Assembly (NCBI GenBank): GCA_041615815.1
Contig: JBFJCP010000021.1
Location: 1-64,000, forward strand
DNA: 64,000 nt
Reading direction: 5' to 3'
Origin: Gemmatimonadales bacterium
GTDB taxonomy: Bacteria > Gemmatimonadota > Gemmatimonadetes > Gemmatimonadales > GWC2-71-9
The notes below the pieces were generated by a model. It was not told where the DNA came from, did not search any database, and saw nothing but the letters and a program-made list of their open reading frames with translations. The first letter of the stretch is position 1. Every line of letters starts with the position of its first letter. Positions 29,593 through 39,126 of this stretch are shown piece after piece. Made by a program: the position numbers and the translations under genes.

Positions 29593-31564
29593 GCTCTCCC
29601 GACGTCTTTTCCCGCTCTTTCTCGCGGTCTTGCTGATCCGTCCGGATGTAGTGGCGGCGCAGGGACCCGATATCGCTCGTGCCCGCCGTCTCATCGACAT
29701 CGCGACCATTGCCTTGGCCGAGTACGCAGAGGGAGTGATCGATGGGGACGTCCTGCGGGTCGAGGAGCTGAACGAGGCCCGTCTGTTCCTCGAGCAAGCG
29801 CGCCCGGCGGCGGTGGAGTTCGGTGTCGAAGACATCGTAAACGAGATGGCGCGGGGTGTGAACGCCCTCAGTCCGCACGCGGAGCTGGAAAGCCTCCTGT
29901 CGCGTCTGCGGCGCGAACTGGAGTCCGCGCTCGGCGTGGCCCTCGACCCGCTCCCGTCCGCGGCACCATCGCTGGCGCGCGGCGCCGCGGTCTACAGGCA
30001 GGCTTGTGCGGCATGCCATGGCGAGACGGGGGCGGGAGGTCCACTGGCATCGACGCTCGATCCTCCGCCCGGAGACCTCACTGATCGCGCGGCGCTCGCC
30101 GGCGTTACCGTGACCGAGTTTTTCCGCAAGATCAACGTCGGCGTGGCCGGCACCGCGATGCCGGCGTTTGCGGATCAGCTGGCGATGGACGATCGGTGGG
30201 CGGTGGCGTTGTATGCCGCGTCGCTGCGATGGCCGTCGCCGAGTAAACAGGCCATCGAGCTCATGGCGAGCGGGTGCCCCGGGTGTCTGCTCTCGTTGAG
30301 TGACTTTGGTACGACCGCCGGTCTGAGCGACGATACGCTGCGTGCCGTGGTCGTCGAGCGGTTGGCGCTGCGTCCCGACGATACGCTGCTTCCCGAGCTC
30401 GTGGGCTACGCGCGCGCGGCCGGGGCGCGGGAGCATCTCGGTGCCGACGTGGAGCTGGAAGCCGCGCGGGTGGTGGCACGATCCGGGGCGCTGGTGGAGT
30501 CCGCGTTGGCGGCGGCGACGGCGGGCGACCGTGAGCTCGCCGACCAGCGGGCGGTGGACGCGTACCTCGCGTTTGAGCGAGTGGAAACCAGAGTACGCGC
30601 GCGCGATGCCAGGGCCGCCGCCCGCGTCGAGGCCGCCTTTGCCGAGCTCCGAGGCGCGCTGGCAGGCGGCTCGGCCTCGGAATGGGAGACGAAGCAGGCC
30701 GAGGTATCAGCGGCGTTGGAGGGAGCGCTCGACCGGCTGACGACGCAGGCGTCCCCATGGGTGCTCTTCAGTCAGTCGCTGATCATCATGTTGCGCGAGG
30801 GTCTCGAAGCCATCCTGATTATCGGTGCGCTGGTCGCGTTTCTGACTCGAGCCGGCGCGGGAGCCCAAAAACGCGAGATCGGGTGGGGCGTGCTGGCGGC
30901 CCTCGGGGCCAGCGCCATTACCGCCGTCGGGTTTGCGACGCTGTTCGGAAGTGCGGTGGTGGAACAGGAAATCCTCGAGGGCGTGACGATGCTAGTGGGG
31001 TCGGCGGTCCTGTTTTGGGTTTCCTACTGGCTCGTGTCCAAGATCGAGGTTCGGAAGTGGCAGCAATTCGTGCGCGCCCAGATGCAGCGTGCGCTGAGGA
31101 GCAAGCGGACCTGGGCGCTCGCCGCAGTAGCGTTCCTTGCGGTCTATCGCGAAGGCTTCGAGACGGTGTTGTTCTACGCCGCGTTGTTTTCGAGCGCCGA
31201 CGGTGCCGTGGGAGGATCGTCAGCCATCGTGGTGGGAATCCTGATCGGCTCGGCGCTCTTGGGGGTGATCTACTATCTCATGCAGCGGTTTGGCGTTCGG
31301 CTCCCTCTCAAGCCGTTCTTTGCGGTCACGAGCACGTTGCTCTACGTCATGGCGTTTAGCTTCGCGGGCCAGGGTGTGGCGGAATTACAGGAAGCCGGGG
31401 TCATCTCGCTCACACCGCTGTCGTGGATTCCGAGCTTGCCGGCCCTCGGAATCTTCCCCACCTTGCAAACAGCTGTTAGCCAGCTGGTGCTGTGTGTCGC
31501 CCTCGGGGTGGCGCTGGTTTGGATCTTCTGGCTCGAGCCAAAGACGGTGCGGGCCCGCGCCTGA
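29573..31564 (+). CDS. Cytochrome c / FTR1 iron permease fusion (PbrT/EfeU-like)
   Basis: CAACHG heme motif with GTAMPAF; C-terminal FTR1 domain with REGLEA and REGFET motifs and ELQEAG. Confidence 0.9.
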   Translation: MRMSLILLSRRLFPLFLAVLLIRPDVVAAQGPDIARARRLIDIATIALAEYAEGVIDGDVLRVEELNEARLFLEQARPAAVEFGVEDIVNEMARGVNALSPHAELESLLSRLRRELESALGVALDPLPSAAPSLARGAAVYRQACAACHGETGAGGPLASTLDPPPGDLTDRAALAGVTVTEFFRKINVGVAGTAMPAFADQLAMDDRWAVALYAASLRWPSPSKQAIELMASGCPGCLLSLSDFGTTAGLSDDTLRAVVVERLALRPDDTLLPELVGYARAAGAREHLGADVELEAARVVARSGALVESALAAATAGDRELADQRAVDAYLAFERVETRVRARDARAAARVEAAFAELRGALAGGSASEWETKQAEVSAALEGALDRLTTQASPWVLFSQSLIIMLREGLEAILIIGALVAFLTRAGAGAQKREIGWGVLAALGASAITAVGFATLFGSAVVEQEILEGVTMLVGSAVLFWVSYWLVSKIEVRKWQQFVRAQMQRALRSKRTWALAAVAFLAVYREGFETVLFYAALFSSADGAVGGSSAIVVGILIGSALLGVIYYLMQRFGVRLPLKPFFAVTSTLLYVMAFSFAGQGVAELQEAGVISLTPLSWIPSLPALGIFPTLQTAVSQLVLCVALGVALVWIFWLEPKTVRARA

Positions 31565-31735
31565 GCTTCCAGCCCCGCGGCGCGCGGCCGCTGGCCTCAA
31601 TCAACATCATGGACACTCCTGACCGGCGTTCGTCGTGCTCATCCTCCCGGCACGGCGCAGGATTCGCCGTGCCGGGATTCCACTCGACGCAGGCGCACCC
31701 TGTACCGTGGGGTAGGGTAATCGAGAAAGCGTAGC

Positions 31736-33883
31736 ATGAACGGCGAGTCTAGCGGCGATCTCCTTCGCCTCGAACTCTTATGCTTTGGGCCACCCACCGC
31801 TCGGGTGGGCGGCGACACTCCGCCCCCGGACGTTTTGTGGCGCAAGCACCTCGCGTTGCTGGTGTATCTGGCCCTCTCTCCCGATCTCACGCGCACGCGG
31901 GAGCATCTGCTGGGGCTGCTCTGGCCCGAGAAAACGCAGGATAAGGCACGGCATTCGCTCAACGAGGCTACCCGACGGCTCCGGACTGGCTTGGGCGCAA
32001 ACCGGCTGATCTCCCGGGGAGACTCCCTGACGCTCAACCGAATCGACCTCGACGTCGATGCCCTGCGATTCGACGATTTAGCACAGCGCGATCCCGAGGC
32101 GGCAACGGCGCTGCTCCGCGGCGATTTTCTGGAAGGATTCACCGTCGACGGCTCCACCACGTTCGAGGATTGGTCGAGCGAGCGGCGATCGCACTATCGG
32201 GCGGTGGGCGCGCGGTTGTTGGTGCGGGAAGGCGAAACCGCACTCGCGGCGAGTCGCTTCCCGACGGCGCGTGACACCGCCCGCGAGGCGTTGGCACTCC
32301 TACCCGGTCACGAGCCGGCGGTGAGCCTTGCCATGAGGGCAGCGGCGCTTTCGGGTGATGCCTCGAGCGCGCTCGCGGTGTTTCATGAGTTTCGCGAGCG
32401 CCTCCAAGACGAGTTGGGGGAAGCACCGAGTCGTGAGCTCGAAGCCCTGGCAGAGCGGATTCGGTCGGAGCGATGGCGCCGGCTGACCGGTAGGCACGCC
32501 GACCCCGAACCGGCGCTGATCATGCAGCCGGGCGTGCACGATCGTGCCTTCGCCGTCGTGGAGGAGGGTGTTCGGAGCGGCGCTCGGGCGTTGGTGATTA
32601 CGGGTGACCCCGGCCTGGGCAAGACCCGCCTCCTCACTGAGAGCGTCGAGCGGCTACAGTTGGCCGGTGCCGCGGTGGTGGTGGCGCGACCCCTGGAGAG
32701 CGATCACGATGCGCCGTGGAGCGCCCTCCGCCAGCTGATGCATGCGGGGTTGGCCGATGCCCCCGGACTCGCCGGGGCCGATCCCGACGCGTTGGGGGTG
32801 TTGGCTGCCATCGTTCCCGATCTGGCCGACCGGTTCGATTCCATTCCACCGCGAGACGTGGGGCACGTGGTGACATCGCTCACCTCGCTCCTGCGAGCCG
32901 TCGCCGACGAGCACCCGCTTGGAATCGCGCTCGACGACGCGCACTTCGCGGATGGGTCGACCCTAGGCGCGCTTGGCGAAGCGATTCGGCAGGTGCGATC
33001 GGCGGGGGTGGTGTTGATCCTCGCAACACAGCCAGCGAGCGAAGATCTGCCCCGCGAACTGGTGAAGCTGCTGGGCGATGTGGGTCGCGGTATTCCCGGT
33101 ACCATTGTGCAGCTCGCCCCGCTCGCCGATCAGGCCATGGTCGACCTGGTGGCCGGTCTCGCCGGGTGGTGCGAAACACCCGACGATCGCGATCGTCTTG
33201 CTCGCCGCATCATCCACGAGGCACAGGGGAACCCGTTTCTCGCCGTAACGTTGCTGCGAGACTTGCAGCAGACCTCGACGCTGAAACGTGATCTCTTGTC
33301 GTGGCCGCCGCCGCGGGAGACCTACGAATCACCGCTGCCCAATGTACCGGCTCCGGTGCGGATGGCGATCGTTGCCCGCTTTTCCGCACTGGCTGAAGAA
33401 ACTCGACAGGTCCTGCGGGTGGCCAGTATCGGTGGACTGGCGTTGGATCCGGCGCTCATTGCGGCGCTCACCGATCTTCCGGAGAGCCGTGTGGAAGATC
33501 AGGTGGATCGGCTGGAGCAAGCGAGGTTCGTCACGTTCGAGGGCGAGCGCTTTGCGTTTGCCGCACCACTACTGGCCGAGGTCGTGTGCCTGGAATGTCT
33601 CACCCCCGGTCAGCGCGAGCGCCTCCGCAAACGTGCCATCGGCGCCCTGGCGGAGCGAACCGACGTCGAGTCCCGAGTTCTCCGTGCGGAGCTGCGGGCC
33701 CGTGTCGAGCCCGGCCCCAACGCGTTTGCCGATGCCGTGGCCGTGGCCCATGCGGCGCTGGAGAACGGTTCCGACCGCACGGCCCGCCGCGCACTCCATG
33801 CGGCGCAGCGCGCCGCTCGCGGATGTGGCGAAGACGCCCAGGCCACGTTGGCAGAGCTCCGAACCAAGTTCGAACGGGCATGA
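31736..33883 (+). CDS. SARP-type (wHTH + BTAD) transcriptional regulator fused to an AAA ATPase
   Basis: LALLVYLAL...REHLLGLLWPE, GDFLEGF...FEDW, LQDELGEAPS, Walker A GDPGLGKT, LDDAHFADG, GNPFL. Confidence 0.85.
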   Translation: MNGESSGDLLRLELLCFGPPTARVGGDTPPPDVLWRKHLALLVYLALSPDLTRTREHLLGLLWPEKTQDKARHSLNEATRRLRTGLGANRLISRGDSLTLNRIDLDVDALRFDDLAQRDPEAATALLRGDFLEGFTVDGSTTFEDWSSERRSHYRAVGARLLVREGETALAASRFPTARDTAREALALLPGHEPAVSLAMRAAALSGDASSALAVFHEFRERLQDELGEAPSRELEALAERIRSERWRRLTGRHADPEPALIMQPGVHDRAFAVVEEGVRSGARALVITGDPGLGKTRLLTESVERLQLAGAAVVVARPLESDHDAPWSALRQLMHAGLADAPGLAGADPDALGVLAAIVPDLADRFDSIPPRDVGHVVTSLTSLLRAVADEHPLGIALDDAHFADGSTLGALGEAIRQVRSAGVVLILATQPASEDLPRELVKLLGDVGRGIPGTIVQLAPLADQAMVDLVAGLAGWCETPDDRDRLARRIIHEAQGNPFLAVTLLRDLQQTSTLKRDLLSWPPPRETYESPLPNVPAPVRMAIVARFSALAEETRQVLRVASIGGLALDPALIAALTDLPESRVEDQVDRLEQARFVTFEGERFAFAAPLLAEVVCLECLTPGQRERLRKRAIGALAERTDVESRVLRAELRARVEPGPNAFADAVAVAHAALENGSDRTARRALHAAQRAARGCGEDAQATLAELRTKFERA

Positions 33884-33890
33884 GACGGGG

Positions 33891-33933
33891 ATAAACGAAG
33901 CGGGGGCGGGGACCCTCCTTCCCCGCACCCCGC
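33891..33933 (-). terminator. Intrinsic terminator-like hairpin oriented for a minus-strand transcript
   Basis: 13-bp GC stem (33900-33912 with 33920-33933, one bulge) followed on the minus strand by TTCGTTTAT. Confidence 0.55.
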
Positions 33934-34250
33934 GGCCGGCTGAAGGTCCTCTGGGAGCAGATCGAGGACGGTGGGAGCCGGCAGGACCTTCGTGGTCGGG
34001 CAACGACTCGATATCGTCTCCTCGAAGTTGAGTGTCCGGGCCGACGGCAGCGTGAGCATAGGTGCCGGCAGTCAAGCGAGGCACAAGTGGAAAGGGTGTC
34101 GCGGTCAACCCGTTGCCAATGGCCTTTTCCAGCAATGGGCGAGCGGATGGCGCCTCCGCTCCCGCGGGCCGCCGGGCCCGCGAGCGTTCAGCAGGCCATG
34201 TTGCCGGGGTTGCGGTTGGGGGGCACCACCACCTTTGCTGGGAGTGTCTC

Positions 34251-35090
34251 ATTCGACGCGATTTTCTGCCTCTGGTTCGTGAGGAGCTCGACGGGCGCTT
34301 CCAGGTCGATCGTGAGATCGCTCGTGGTGGTGCCGCCCGCGTGTTCCTTGCGACGAATGCGTCCGGACACCCCGTCGCGCTCAAGGTTCTGCACCCCGCG
34401 CTCGCCGTGTCCGTGGCGGCCGACCGATTTCTCCAAGAGATCGCGATTCTCACCCGCTTGGATCACCCGCACATCGCGAAGTTGCTGGACTGGGGTGAGA
34501 CGGACCGGGTGGTGTACTACGCAATGGCGTTCGTGGACGGGCCCACGCTCCGTGACCATATCGATGCCGTCACGCACTGCACGTTGGCGGACACGCGCCG
34601 GATCGGCCGAGATCTCCTCGACGCCCTCCAGTACGCGCACGGCGAGGGGATCGTCCATCGGGATGTCAAGCCGGACAACATTGTGCTGTCCGGTCGCGGG
34701 GCCGTGCTGCTGGATTTCGGTATTGCCCGCGCGATTGCCCGGGCCGGTACTGATCGACTGACGCGATCAGGCTTTTGCGTGGGCACGTCGGCGTACATGA
34801 GTCCAGAACAGGTGCAGGCCTTTGAGGACATCGATGAGCGCACCGACCTCTATTCGTTGGGCTGTGTTCTGTTCGAATGCCTTGCTGGAACGCCGCCGTT
34901 CACGGCGCAGCGTGAAGACGTCGTGCTGCGTCAGCATATCGAGGGTAACGTTCCTGATATTCGGTCGGTGCGTGATGAGGTGGACGAGCGGTTGAGCCGG
35001 ACGCTTGCCAAAGCGCTGGCCACGGATCGCGAGGCCCGGTGGCGGTCCGCTCGCGAGATGTTGGCCGAGTTGCGGCCAGAGGCCCGCTAG
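34251..35090 (+). CDS. Soluble Hanks-type Ser/Thr protein kinase (start uncertain, possibly ATT)
   Basis: ARGGAARV, VALKVL, HRDVKPDN, DFGIAR, GTSAYMSPEQ, DLYSLG; no TM or sensor domain. Confidence 0.9.
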   Translation: MRRDFLPLVREELDGRFQVDREIARGGAARVFLATNASGHPVALKVLHPALAVSVAADRFLQEIAILTRLDHPHIAKLLDWGETDRVVYYAMAFVDGPTLRDHIDAVTHCTLADTRRIGRDLLDALQYAHGEGIVHRDVKPDNIVLSGRGAVLLDFGIARAIARAGTDRLTRSGFCVGTSAYMSPEQVQAFEDIDERTDLYSLGCVLFECLAGTPPFTAQREDVVLRQHIEGNVPDIRSVRDEVDERLSRTLAKALATDREARWRSAREMLAELRPEAR

Positions 35091-35935
35091 GGTCGGGTGG
35101 CTCGCTGTGGATGAACGACTGCCTCCGGCGGGATGCGAAGCTCGTCGGATGTCGACCACCGAACCATCAGCCCCACCCCCAAGAGGACTACGGCGGTGCT
35201 CGCGGCCTGCGCCAGCGTGAACGGTCCCAACACCCGATCGTCCTTGGCGCGCAGAAACTCCACGAGGAATCGCTCGACGCCTGCGAAAATCAGGTACACG
35301 CTGAAGAGCCAGCCCACGGCATGGCGGTGCTTCCGGAGACGCCATAGCACCCAAAACACCGCGAGCATCGCAGCCACTTCGTAGAGCTGGGTGGGGTGCA
35401 CGGCGAGAAGCTCGCCGGGGGTCATCCCGGGAGGGACATCCACGCCAAAGAGCGTCGCCAGGTTCTGCGCCGTGGTGGGAGGCAACCCCTCGGGAAATCG
35501 CATCCCCCACGGAAGACGGGTCGGCACCCCGTAGTCGTCCTGAACTAGAAAGCAGCCGACACGGCCGAGGGCATACCCAAGTGCGAGTCCAGGAGCCGCG
35601 AGCTCCAGTGTGAGTCGCATCGGGACGCGCCGAATCCACCCGTTCAAGAGGACGGCCGCGGTCCCGCCAATGAACCCGCCGTACCACACCAGCCCGCCGC
35701 GCGACAGCAGCGCTCCCGGATCGCCGTAGAGCGCGACGTACCAGAGTTTCGCTCCGAGAATGCCTCCAATGACCGCGGCCACCACGATGTCGGCCGCGTA
35801 GGCGTCGTTCAGACCCCGCTCCCTGAGCGCGTGCTGGATCACCCATCCGGCCATCAGGAAGCCGACCATCATCATGAGACCGTAGCCCGTGATTTCGATG
35901 GGCCCGAGGTGGAAGACCAGGGGATAGACGGTCAT
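35087..35935 (-). CDS. lgt: Prolipoprotein diacylglyceryl transferase
   Basis: YGLMM, GGLVWYGG, GRVGCF, HPTQLYE, RFLVEFLR. Confidence 0.92.
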   Translation of the reverse strand: MTVYPLVFHLGPIEITGYGLMMMVGFLMAGWVIQHALRERGLNDAYAADIVVAAVIGGILGAKLWYVALYGDPGALLSRGGLVWYGGFIGGTAAVLLNGWIRRVPMRLTLELAAPGLALGYALGRVGCFLVQDDYGVPTRLPWGMRFPEGLPPTTAQNLATLFGVDVPPGMTPGELLAVHPTQLYEVAAMLAVFWVLWRLRKHRHAVGWLFSVYLIFAGVERFLVEFLRAKDDRVLGPFTLAQAASTAVVLLGVGLMVRWSTSDELRIPPEAVVHPQRATRP

Positions 35936-36981
35936 GAGGTCTTGGGGTCGGACGTGGTGGGAGCGGACGGCCGCCGTAGGCCCGGCCATCGCATTCGCGG
36001 ATCCGCTTCCAGGTACCAATTGCTGGCGTGACCGCGTTCGAGGTGAAACCAACCGGCCCGGGCGATCATGGCGGCGTTGTCGAGATTCAGACGGGGGCGG
36101 GCAACCGCCACGCGGACGGTACGGCCAAACCTAGCGGCAAACGCGGCACGAAGGGCGCGGTTGCAGGCCACCCCTCCACCCAGCACTACGGTTGGATAGC
36201 CCGTGCGGTCCACGGCGGCGGACGTCTTGCCCACGAGGACGTCTAGCACGGCAGCCTGAAATGAAGCAGCGACATTCGCCCGTTCGCTTACGAGATCGTC
36301 CAATGCGCGAACGGTATGAAGGACGGCGGTCTTGAGCCCGCTGAAGGAGAAATCGAACCCATCGCCCAACATCGGGCGGGGCAGGTTGAAGCTCGGCGAG
36401 CCCTCGGCTGCCAATCGCTCGATAGCGGGCCCACCCGGATACTCCAATCCCAGCATGCTGGCCACTTTGTCGAAGGCCTCACCGGCCGCATCGTCTCTGG
36501 TCTCTCCGAGCACCACATACTCGCCCCACGCCGGCACATCGAGCAGCAGCGTGTGCCCGCCGGAGACGATGAGCGCGATGAATGGCGGTTCCAGGTGTGG
36601 ATCTTCGAGCGTCGGGGCGAAGACGTGGCCCTCGAGATGGTGCACGCCAATGAGGGCGCGATTGCCGGCCGCCGCTAGGGCCTTACCGTAGCAAAGCCCC
36701 ACGAGGAGTGAACCGATCAAGCCCGGTCCGGCGGTGACCGCAATCGCGTCCACGGCGCCGAGCGGGATCCCGGCTTCCGCCAGTGCGCGGTCTACGACGG
36801 GGCCGATGGCACGGACGTGCGCCCGACTCGCCAACTCGGGGACGACGCCGCCGAAGATCTTGTGCACATCCTGGGACAGGATCACCAAGCTGGCGAGCTC
36901 GGGCCCTCGTCCGTTTCGCACGAGCACGGCCGCGGAGGTTTCGTCACATGAGGTTTCGATGCCCAGGACGACATCAGCCAC
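35932..36981 (-). CDS. tsaD: tRNA N6-adenosine threonylcarbamoyltransferase
   Basis: LGIETSCDET, GGVVPELASRAH, HHLEGH, SGGHT, DDAAGEAFDK, FSFSGLKT. Confidence 0.97.
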   Translation of the reverse strand: MADVVLGIETSCDETSAAVLVRNGRGPELASLVILSQDVHKIFGGVVPELASRAHVRAIGPVVDRALAEAGIPLGAVDAIAVTAGPGLIGSLLVGLCYGKALAAAGNRALIGVHHLEGHVFAPTLEDPHLEPPFIALIVSGGHTLLLDVPAWGEYVVLGETRDDAAGEAFDKVASMLGLEYPGGPAIERLAAEGSPSFNLPRPMLGDGFDFSFSGLKTAVLHTVRALDDLVSERANVAASFQAAVLDVLVGKTSAAVDRTGYPTVVLGGGVACNRALRAAFAARFGRTVRVAVARPRLNLDNAAMIARAGWFHLERGHASNWYLEADPRMRWPGLRRPSAPTTSDPKTS

Positions 36982-37897
36982 GTGTCCTCCGGCGCACCAC
37001 GACCGTATCCGGAGAGGCCACGGCTTGAATTCCCGAAGGTGCCACGATGTTCAAGCGGACGACTTGCTCGGGATCGTCGCGCCTGAAGACCGCCACCGCC
37101 TCCACGCTGTCGCGGGTCAGCCGAGCCAGCCGGGCGCTCCTGCCCCGCACCGTCACCACGATGGCGGGCGGCTGACTCTCCCACTGACCGGCTTGGTCTC
37201 TTGGGAGGACGACGGGTACGCCCATGAGCACGCGTTCCGAAATGGGCCCCACGTCGACCGCGACTTCCACTTGTGCTGGTGAGACGCGCACCATCCCCAT
37301 GCCGGACGTATCGAGGGGGACGGACTGCCGAACCGGCCCGGCGAGCCCGGTGAGTTCCAGGGGCAGCGTCGGCACCGACTCGATGCCACCCACCAGGCCG
37401 GCCGGTCCTCGCACCGTCACCGAGCTCGGTGCCAAGGCGAGGCCGAATTGCGAGTAGCCCGAGTCCGGCCGCACAGTGACGCGAGGGGTGACCTGGACCC
37501 TCCGTTGCGCCAGGTTATCCATCTGCACCACGATGATCCGCGGCTGGATGTCCTGCACATTGACGTTTGCGTTGTCCACACTGCTCAATTCGGCGGGTGA
37601 GAGCTCCAAGGCGTAGGATGTACCGGTGACCGTATCGGGCACGATCCGTCTGATGACCGGAGGCGCGGCGTAGAGCTTGATGAGTTCACGGGAGGTTCCG
37701 GCGTACAGCGCCTGGACCGGCGGGAGCGAACGCGTCAGGGTCCTGCCTTCGGGCAGTCGGACTTGCAACTCCACGGGGACCAGCTGAGTGGTTGGTTCTT
37801 CGGCGGCCACCACTGCCCACAACACAGCCGAGAGGACTAGGGCGGTGATCTTGATGGGCCAGTTCGTAAACAGCCAGTCGGGGACTTTAGGAGCCAC
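36974..37897 (-). CDS. YbbR/CdaR-like domain membrane protein
   Basis: NWPIKITALVLSAVLW N-terminal anchor; repeated PxxVTVRG YbbR-like units. Confidence 0.75.
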   Translation of the reverse strand: MAPKVPDWLFTNWPIKITALVLSAVLWAVVAAEEPTTQLVPVELQVRLPEGRTLTRSLPPVQALYAGTSRELIKLYAAPPVIRRIVPDTVTGTSYALELSPAELSSVDNANVNVQDIQPRIIVVQMDNLAQRRVQVTPRVTVRPDSGYSQFGLALAPSSVTVRGPAGLVGGIESVPTLPLELTGLAGPVRQSVPLDTSGMGMVRVSPAQVEVAVDVGPISERVLMGVPVVLPRDQAGQWESQPPAIVVTVRGRSARLARLTRDSVEAVAVFRRDDPEQVVRLNIVAPSGIQAVASPDTVVVRRRTRG

Positions 37898-38453
37898 TGA
37901 CCTCGGCCGGTCCTCCGCCCCCAACACCGAGAAGTTGGCGGAACAGAGCTTTCTGGGTCGGGTGATCCCACTCGAGTGGGCCAATGACCTTCTTGACGAT
38001 CACCCCTTCCCGATTGATGACGAAGCTTTCCGGGTACCCGGTGACTTGATACGTGGTTTCGATCCGGCCCGACCGATCGTGCAGGATTTCGAACGTGAGG
38101 TCTCGCTCTCGGACCCACTGCATGACGTGGTCTGGGCCCGCCTCGTCCACGCTCAGCGCCACGATCCTCAATCCGTGAGGACCGAGTTCGTCGAAGAGCC
38201 GCTGCATGGAAGGCATCTCGTACTCACACGGGCCACACCAGGTGGCCCAGATGTTGAACAGTACGACCTCGCCTTCGTACTGCGCGAGGCTGACGCTGTC
38301 CCCCTCGGTCAGATGAGCCGCGCGGAAGCTTGGCGCCCGCGTGCCCACGGCTACGGGCGTGTTCTCCGGCGCCATGGCGACGCCGAGGGTCAGGGCAACA
38401 CCCAGACCTGCCACGATGCTTCCGACGGCGATCCACTGTCCTCTGTTTCTCAT
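37887..38453 (-). CDS. TlpA/ResA-family thiol-disulfide oxidoreductase
   Basis: NIWATWCGPCEYEMP, YQVTGYPESF, N-terminal anchor. Confidence 0.9.
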   Translation of the reverse strand: MRNRGQWIAVGSIVAGLGVALTLGVAMAPENTPVAVGTRAPSFRAAHLTEGDSVSLAQYEGEVVLFNIWATWCGPCEYEMPSMQRLFDELGPHGLRIVALSVDEAGPDHVMQWVRERDLTFEILHDRSGRIETTYQVTGYPESFVINREGVIVKKVIGPLEWDHPTQKALFRQLLGVGGGGPAEVSGS

Positions 38454-38454
38454 A

Positions 38455-39126
38455 TCACACTACCGCGTAACAACGTTTTCGTAGTTCGCGCACTTGGGCG
38501 CGGGGATCCTTGGATCTAAATATGGCTGACCCGGCCACAAACGTATCTGCCCCGGCGGCCCGAGCCCTCCCGATGGTGTCTGGGGCGATGCCGCCATCCA
38601 CCTCGAGACGAGCCGCGCTGCCCCGCTCCTGCAGCAGCTGGCGGGCCCGGGCGATCTTACCCGTCGCGGCCGGGAGATAGGCCTGCCCGGCAAATCCCGG
38701 GTTTACGCTCATAATGAGCAACAAGTCGAGATCGGCGACGAGTTCCGCGGCGTGGGCCAGTGGCGTCCCGGGATTGAGCGCAAGACCGGCCAGCATCCCC
38801 CTCGCCCGCACCGCCTCGAGCTGCCGCTGCGGGTGCCGAGTGGCTTCGGGATGAAGTGTGAACACCGAGGCCCCCGCGTCGGCGAACGCCTCAATGTAGC
38901 TCTCGGGTTCTTCTACCATCAGGTGGACGTCCAGCGGCAAACTGGTGACTCGCCTGAGCGCCTCGATCATCTTGGCACCAAAGGAGAGGTTCGGAACGAA
39001 ACGACCGTCCATGACGTCCACGTGAATCCAATCCGCACCTGCCTCCTCGACCGCTTGGACCTGCTCCGTCAGCGCCAGCAGGTCGGCGCTCAACACGCTC
39101 GGAACGATGTAGAGGTCCTGACTCAC
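38455..39126 (-). CDS. rpe: Ribulose-phosphate 3-epimerase
   Basis: PSVLSAD, HVDVMDGRFVPN, DVHLM, MSVNPGF, EVDGG. Confidence 0.97.
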   Translation of the reverse strand: MSQDLYIVPSVLSADLLALTEQVQAVEEAGADWIHVDVMDGRFVPNLSFGAKMIEALRRVTSLPLDVHLMVEEPESYIEAFADAGASVFTLHPEATRHPQRQLEAVRARGMLAGLALNPGTPLAHAAELVADLDLLLIMSVNPGFAGQAYLPAATGKIARARQLLQERGSAARLEVDGGIAPDTIGRARAAGADTFVAGSAIFRSKDPRAQVRELRKRCYAVV

